Below are positions 56,766-61,688 of a stretch of 61,688 nt of DNA, in pieces. The stretch lies in IMG/VR virus record IMGVR_UViG_3300035541_000081, positions 1-61,688 of that record; one strand, given 5' to 3'. The number at the start of each line of letters is the position of its first letter. The first letter of the stretch is position 1. Below the pieces are notes generated by a model. The model made no database searches. It was not told where the DNA came from and saw only the letters and a list, made by a program, of their open reading frames with translations. This stretch comes from a virus. The position numbers were made by a program, and so were the translations under genes.

Positions 56766-57734
56766 CTATGACGGCTCAGACAAATTGGTGTGTCGGCAAT
56801 GGGCTTTCCTGTTTGTGCAGATCAACTGCCCAATCCAGCGGGTGTTTGCCGTCAGGGTGTCCGGCTGGTCCTTGGAATATTCCCACTTGGGCACGGTGAA
56901 CTTCCACTTGGTATGCGTTTTGGCTTTGAGATACCGCAGGTTAAGCGCGTCCATGATTCCGCTGGACTGCTTATCATCAGCCACAATGGGAACACTGCCA
57001 AACAGCACATTATCAAACCCGGCATTCACAAGGTTTGTGTTTGAATATCTGGCCTGGGTGTGCAAGGTCCGCTCGAAACCGTCTTTCAGGGTGTCCGTGG
57101 TAATGTACAGATCGGGCTTTGCATCTTTGGACTGCCCCACTTTTGCCGTTCGGCGAATTGTCTGCATCACCTTGAAACTGATGGCCTCGGAAGTATCAAT
57201 GACATTTGGGGCCCAGTCATCCATGTCATCCTCGGCAATGTTTCCATATGCAGTAGAGGATGTGGTGTTGAACAGATCCCCAAGCCCCAGGAACGCCCAG
57301 GAATCGGCAGCAGACGAATACACATCAGTACCCATTTTGTCCCGAATAGTCTTGTGGATGTTGTTCAGAATAGCATGTGCCAGGTCAACAAGAGCGGCCT
57401 TGCCGGTGTTCTGGATTTGATCCTCAAGATCCATGGTGTTTGCTGCGTAGTACCCCGCCCAGCGGAACAGAACCGCGTTGAGGATATCTTTTTTGCTCTG
57501 CGGGATCTTGGTCGTGTTGCCATAAGTGCCTACATGAGCCTTGTCATATTCCAGGAAAGCCTTGATCTTTTTTCCCCCGTCAACAAGTTCTCCGGGCTGT
57601 ACCAGGGTGTCCTGATACTTCTTCCCCGCCATGAGCATGTAAAGGAGGACGTTGTCCTGAAAGACGATATCCTCCGGCCGGTTTGACTCGATCCAGTCTT
57701 CCGTAATGACTGCCAATTGCGCTTCGAGTGTCAT
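56766..57734 (-). CDS. major capsid protein
   Basis: 322-aa ORF immediately after the scaffold-like gene and downstream of the portal. Family not verified. Confidence 0.7.
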   Translation of the reverse strand: MTLEAQLAVITEDWIESNRPEDIVFQDNVLLYMLMAGKKYQDTLVQPGELVDGGKKIKAFLEYDKAHVGTYGNTTKIPQSKKDILNAVLFRWAGYYAANTMDLEDQIQNTGKAALVDLAHAILNNIHKTIRDKMGTDVYSSAADSWAFLGLGDLFNTTSSTAYGNIAEDDMDDWAPNVIDTSEAISFKVMQTIRRTAKVGQSKDAKPDLYITTDTLKDGFERTLHTQARYSNTNLVNAGFDNVLFGSVPIVADDKQSSGIMDALNLRYLKAKTHTKWKFTVPKWEYSKDQPDTLTANTRWIGQLICTNRKAHCRHTNLSEPS

Positions 57735-57763
57735 TGTTCATATTCCTTCTTATTTTTTTCGGA

Positions 57764-58537
57764 TCACTCCATGGCTTCCAGTCTGGCAAGCGTATGCTTT
57801 TTAAGTTCCGCTTGAGACAGTTTGCCCTTGGGTTTCCCGATATCTTTTGCTTTTGCCCCGGGCTTGTTGAGGACTTTCTCCGTTCTCTCATCCCCCTGGG
57901 CTATTTTTTCCAGTTCCTGCTTTGCCTGGGCATCTGCCAGGGCTTTTTCAGCCTGAAAGGCGAAATACGCGGAAAAATCATCATGCATACCGGGCAGGGT
58001 CTTTTTGACACTGTCCAGCTTACCGGTTTGTTGCAGCTCTATGAAATCCGGGTGTTCTTCAAGAAATCTCTGCTGCGCGGCTTGCTGTTGCTGCTTGGCC
58101 GTCATTTGTTCGTACTGAGACAAGGCGTTTCGCGTGGCTTTTTCGGCAGTCAAGTTTGCTGTCTGTGCAAGGGCGTCTTCAATGGATAGGTCGCCCTCTT
58201 GAACCCCTCTGGCAATCTCAGCCATACCCGAGTCATAGTCAAATGAATCTTTCTCGGATTCCGTTGCAGGCGTTTCTTCCTTGGCCTGCCGGGACTGCAT
58301 CTGCTCCAGCATCATGGAGTTCATCTGCTTCATAGACCCCAGCTCACTGCCTTGTTCACCAAGCTTTCTTTCCAGCTCCTGGTACGCTGTCGCCAATTCG
58401 TCCGGGCTTTTGAATTTTCCGAGAATTGGCTCCTGTTGCCCATCCTGCTCTTCGGATACCACATCTACATCCGGTTCCGGTTCAGGTGGCATTGCGCCTG
58501 CCGGCATTACATTTGTATCTTCTTTTTCTCCTGCCAT
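57764..58537 (-). CDS. capsid scaffolding protein
   Basis: 257 aa, acidic and helical. GKFKSPDELATAYQELERKLGEQ is a typical scaffold N-terminal motif. Confidence 0.7.
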   Translation of the reverse strand: MAGEKEDTNVMPAGAMPPEPEPDVDVVSEEQDGQQEPILGKFKSPDELATAYQELERKLGEQGSELGSMKQMNSMMLEQMQSRQAKEETPATESEKDSFDYDSGMAEIARGVQEGDLSIEDALAQTANLTAEKATRNALSQYEQMTAKQQQQAAQQRFLEEHPDFIELQQTGKLDSVKKTLPGMHDDFSAYFAFQAEKALADAQAKQELEKIAQGDERTEKVLNKPGAKAKDIGKPKGKLSQAELKKHTLARLEAME

Positions 58538-58603
58538 TTTTCCGCTCCTCTGGGGCCGCTCTCACGGTTCTCCCGATTGATAATTAATGATTCCTCCGGG
58601 CGG

Positions 58604-58873
58604 TTACGCTCGTTCAACGATCCCGTTGTCCTTCAGATATCGCTTATACTGTGACCGGTTTTCGATGGGGGCCTCGGACTCGGTATCTTGCAGACACCCC
58701 CGAACCTCATCGTTCAACCAGGTCGGCTCATCCCGCTGAATCTGTGCGGTGATGACTTTTTCCCCTGTGTGCCCACATTTTGGGCATGGGACAGGGGTTT
58801 TATATTCAGCCAGTTTTAGAAACTGGTCGTATTCTATTGTGCAGTTGTGGCACTGGTAGTGATAAAGTGGCAT
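58604..58873 (-). CDS. FmdB-family zinc-ribbon protein
   Basis: MPLYHYQCHNCTIEYDQF...VPCPKCGH. Confidence 0.7.
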   Translation of the reverse strand: MPLYHYQCHNCTIEYDQFLKLAEYKTPVPCPKCGHTGEKVITAQIQRDEPTWLNDEVRGCLQDTESEAPIENRSQYKRYLKDNGIVERA

Positions 58874-58874
58874 G

Positions 58875-59390
58875 TCACACTACCATCCAGTCTTCTGCAA
58901 GCATGTCGGCTTGTGAAGCCAGCCAACCAGGCTGCCACTGTTTTTTCGCCGTGAACATTGCAAAATACCCCTGGCTATCCAGTGGAGTATTTTCGCCAAC
59001 CCACTTAGCTGTTCGATCATTTACTTTGCGGCTAGTGTCGGCTGTGGAATATGGCGGCAAATATAACGGCGACATGTAAACGACAAACATCCCCTTACCG
59101 TTCCATCCATCACGGCAAACCTTGTGCCCCTTTTTCATCGCTTCAATAGCCAACCCAAATGTCATGCCGTCAACCGGTCTATATGCAGAATTAAACACAT
59201 CATCTGGAGACCATGAAACATACCCGTCATGGTTAGGGTGGTTGCTTTGTCCTCCGTCTATGTATTCGACCAAGAAACCTCTGTCAGAACCATCTTCGTC
59301 TTCCAGCAGATCCCAACCACGATAGTCATTGTATTCCTGCCGGGTCATTGGCTTTGCTAAGACCTCTTTAATTCCAATATATTTTTTCAT
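58875..59390 (-). CDS. DUF2829 (Tad2-like) domain protein with an N-terminal extension
   Basis: FGLAIEAMKKGHKVCRDGWNGKGMFVVYM ... QPGWLASQADMLAEDWMVV matches the DUF2829 pattern. Confidence 0.65.
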   Translation of the reverse strand: MKKYIGIKEVLAKPMTRQEYNDYRGWDLLEDEDGSDRGFLVEYIDGGQSNHPNHDGYVSWSPDDVFNSAYRPVDGMTFGLAIEAMKKGHKVCRDGWNGKGMFVVYMSPLYLPPYSTADTSRKVNDRTAKWVGENTPLDSQGYFAMFTAKKQWQPGWLASQADMLAEDWMVV

Positions 59391-61201
59391 TACATCCCTC
59401 CCTGTTGCGCTCGTGGGGTTCCCGGTTGCGGGTCGCTATTCCCCTGCCCCTGCTGCCGGTCCGGCCCCTGCTGAGGCTCCATTAAATATTGTTTCAATTC
59501 GGCGGCCTGTTCTTCTTCCATTCCGGCCTGGACAAGAATCTGCAATGCGTTGTCAAGTTGACCTTCGCCGACTCTCTCAATCACCTGCTTCCATCCAGGG
59601 AAGTTGATTGTTTCTAACAGCGCCTGTCGATCGATGGCCTGGTCACGATACAACGCCATGGCCTGCTCTTGCTGCTGGATAGATGTCCTGGCAACCGTGC
59701 TGCCGCTTTCCACCATGTAATTAAACCGCCTTCCGGCCAGGGAAACACCCTGCATCTGAACCGACTCTCCTCTGATTTCGATGGTTTCAACCTCTGTGGA
59801 GAAGTTAAGCAACCCGGATATTGCCCACCGGCCACGCTCCCTGGCGATATGCTCCATCGCCCGAATCTTGTGTTGAATCAGGACCGCGTTTCTCTCCTGC
59901 AATGCGACAATGGCACTGGCCGCCGTCACCCCGGTTGGCTGAACACCCCTGTCAGCATCCTCAATCTGGTATATCCGGTCATGAAAGTTGGTCAGGAGAT
60001 CCAGCACCTGGAAGAACGATTGTGGCAGATTGGGGACCGGGACAAACTCAATCCGGGCATTGGGCCTTGTCGGCATCAGCACCAGACCAGGCTTATTGTT
60101 GATCATGTTCTTTGTAATCCCGCATCCGGCATCAACCCGAAGCGGCGGGAACATTGCCCGGGACGCCCAGGCCACCATCCTGGAAACCATTTCATCAATG
60201 CGTTTATTGAGGTCTCCCACCTGCTCCCCGGCAGAGAACCCCCAGATACTGGTTGAGTCTTCATATGAATTGACATAACTGAACGGATACCTGCCCCATG
60301 CATAAGTCTCCTCGATGGCTTCGCGATCCATGACCAGGTTAATATTGGGGTTTTCCATGTCTGCCAGGACAATCCGACCCCTGTTTGTGATTGAAACAAC
60401 TCGAATCCCATCAGGCATTGAATCGTCCCGGAACCAGCACTCCACCACCAGGCCATCGCCCTTCGCTTTTGTGTGTCTGCCGGTGACTTCCGAGGTATTT
60501 TTATATTGCTGGTGGACAACACCGGATTCCCGGTTAAGAAGCGTTTCATTTGGGCGAACCTCTTCCCGGTCTTCCCGGCCCAGGATTGTTCTGACATCCT
60601 CAGCCTCGATAGATCCTGGCTCCTGGTCAAAAACTGCCTCTATAGTGTCCACGTCCATCGCATAGGCATGGATGACGTACGGCAAATCCTGGATGTCTCT
60701 CACATATCCCGGTGCCGGGAACCATGAGAACGGGTCCAGGACAACTGAAAAGGGCTCCTTGGTTTTCCGTATCCAGCCGTGCTTTTCTACTGTGATCCCA
60801 TATATCTCATTATTTTGGCATGATGTTGAAAGTATGCTTTGCTGTTCAGACTCGTGCCAATGCTTTCTAACCTTCGTGGTCAGCACCTCGTCGGCCCCAT
60901 CGGTGTAGCCGTCCATATCAACGACTTCCACTACTGGGTTCTTGGCCGTGATGTTGGCCACAGTCCGTTGTATATTTGCAAAATACAGATTGATCGAGAT
61001 GCGGTCCGGCTTGTTCCGGCCCTTGTTACCCCAATGGTCTCCACGGAACAGGCGGTAATTGGAAACCCATCTGTCCATCAGGCCCAGGCGTTCTTTTTCT
61101 TCGTAGGCATCTTCAAACAGACCCCAGATCCACAGGCCAAGTTCTTCGTGCCCCTGTTCCGGTGGTTGCTCAATGCTGTATTCTTCGAGTGTTTTGGACA
61201 T
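59390..61201 (-). CDS. portal protein
   Basis: 603-aa ORF heading the head-morphogenesis operon (portal, scaffold, capsid order). Family not verified. Confidence 0.7.
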   Translation of the reverse strand: MSKTLEEYSIEQPPEQGHEELGLWIWGLFEDAYEEKERLGLMDRWVSNYRLFRGDHWGNKGRNKPDRISINLYFANIQRTVANITAKNPVVEVVDMDGYTDGADEVLTTKVRKHWHESEQQSILSTSCQNNEIYGITVEKHGWIRKTKEPFSVVLDPFSWFPAPGYVRDIQDLPYVIHAYAMDVDTIEAVFDQEPGSIEAEDVRTILGREDREEVRPNETLLNRESGVVHQQYKNTSEVTGRHTKAKGDGLVVECWFRDDSMPDGIRVVSITNRGRIVLADMENPNINLVMDREAIEETYAWGRYPFSYVNSYEDSTSIWGFSAGEQVGDLNKRIDEMVSRMVAWASRAMFPPLRVDAGCGITKNMINNKPGLVLMPTRPNARIEFVPVPNLPQSFFQVLDLLTNFHDRIYQIEDADRGVQPTGVTAASAIVALQERNAVLIQHKIRAMEHIARERGRWAISGLLNFSTEVETIEIRGESVQMQGVSLAGRRFNYMVESGSTVARTSIQQQEQAMALYRDQAIDRQALLETINFPGWKQVIERVGEGQLDNALQILVQAGMEEEQAAELKQYLMEPQQGPDRQQGQGNSDPQPGTPRAQQGGM

Positions 61202-61210
61202 CCTGTCTCC

Positions 61211-61262
61211 AAAAAAAAAGCCTCCTGAATAGTTGATTTCTCAGCTATCCAGGAGGCTTTAT
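61211..61262 (-). terminator. strong intrinsic terminator abutting the portal RBS
   Basis: Minus strand reads aagcctcctggatag-loop-ctattcaggaggctt followed by T9, then GGAGAcaggATG of the portal. Confidence 0.75.
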
Positions 61263-61374
61263 TAGCGTTCTGGCTCTTACCCTTGCCCGTTCTCTAAAGG
61301 AGGGGGGCGGGAAAAAAGTACTCTCGTATTAATGATCCGGGGCGCCTCGGGTCTTATCATGGAGAATGAACACC

Positions 61375-61470
61375 ATGAAATACAGACTCGACATAACAGT
61401 AAATGTCCAAGTTGATGTTGCCAAGGTCATTTTGGCTGTAACGGCATTCATTTCGACTTTCCTGTTATGA
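61375..61470 (+). CDS. 31-aa hydrophobic peptide (MKYRLDITVNVQVDVAKVILAVTAFISTFLL)
   Basis: GGAGA lies 9 nt upstream, and a perfect terminator hairpin follows. Not in the ORF track. Confidence 0.3.
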   Translation: MKYRLDITVNVQVDVAKVILAVTAFISTFLL

Positions 61471-61476
61471 ATTAAC

Positions 61477-61504
61477 GGCAGAGGGTGTTTCGGCACCCTC
61501 TGCC
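61477..61504 (+). terminator. perfect 11-bp-stem hairpin after the small plus-strand ORF
   Basis: ggcagagggtg-tttcgg-caccctctgcc, followed by aatttaaat (weak U tract). Confidence 0.5.
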
Positions 61505-61632
61505 AATTTAAATAAAAATATCAATAGGGTGTTGTTTTAAAAATGGTCATATGTAAATCGTAAAAAATACAAACCTGTTATTTATAGAATTTGAAAACTG
61601 AGATAAACATGTTGCACAAATTAAAGAGTATT

Positions 61633-61688
61633 CCGGCAATGATAAATCCACTCATAAAGTTATTGAGCCGTTTATGATAACATCCCTT
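61633..61688. repeat. 56-bp terminal direct repeat (copy of 1-56)
   Basis: Exact identity with the first 56 bases. Confidence 0.95.

Noticed and set aside
1-61688. tRNA or tmRNA genes
   Set aside because: No cloverleaf-like segment or T-loop (GTTCRANYC) context was spotted in any intergenic region. This was only a visual scan, so tRNAscan-SE/ARAGORN should confirm it.

Overview
The window is one complete tailed dsDNA phage genome. Bases 1-56 recur exactly at 61633-61688, so the unit length is about 61,632 bp and the contig is circularly assembled or terminally redundant. No integrase, tRNA, CRISPR array, DNA polymerase or RNA polymerase was recognised.

Almost all genes are on the minus strand, in tightly coupled operons with many ATGA/TGATG start-stop overlaps:
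- Packaging block (5124 to 223): TerS-like and TerL genes plus small membrane and zinc-ribbon proteins.
- Late virion block (61201 to 23799): portal, DUF2829/Tad2-like protein, FmdB-type zinc ribbon, scaffold, major capsid, and an AT-rich tail/adsorption module. It continues with three ejection-type proteins, an LDGK-repeat tail fibre and a GH108 endolysin. One of the ejection-type proteins is a 5,395-aa single ORF.
- DNA-metabolism block (21567 to 6994): HTH regulator, DHFR-like protein, DnaQ-like exonuclease, Hc1-like histone and PD-(D/E)XK nuclease. It also holds a split RecD2-like helicase, ERCC4 nuclease, SF3 helicase, dCMP deaminase, MazG/DUF550-like pyrophosphohydrolase and a DnaG-type primase.

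There are two plus-strand islands:
- A replication initiator plus G39P-like loader (22226-23745). It lies behind an origin-like region with 7 + 5 tandem 12-bp repeats carrying DnaA-box-like TTTCCAC cores and a structured terminator-ended RNA candidate.
- A low-GC three-gene cassette (5466-6825) with its own sigma70-type promoter and operator.

The most striking element is the 16.2-kb ORF at 28464-44651, about 26% of the genome. It strings together 2H-phosphoesterase, ParB-like, N6-adenine methyltransferase, SNF2 helicase, two ART-like and one HExxH motif sets between hydrophobic N- and C-terminal regions. This is a virion-module 'polyvalent' protein and a plausible injected multi-target counter-defence device.

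All functional calls come from motif recognition by eye. No database search was run, so family names are hypotheses to confirm with HMM or structure searches.
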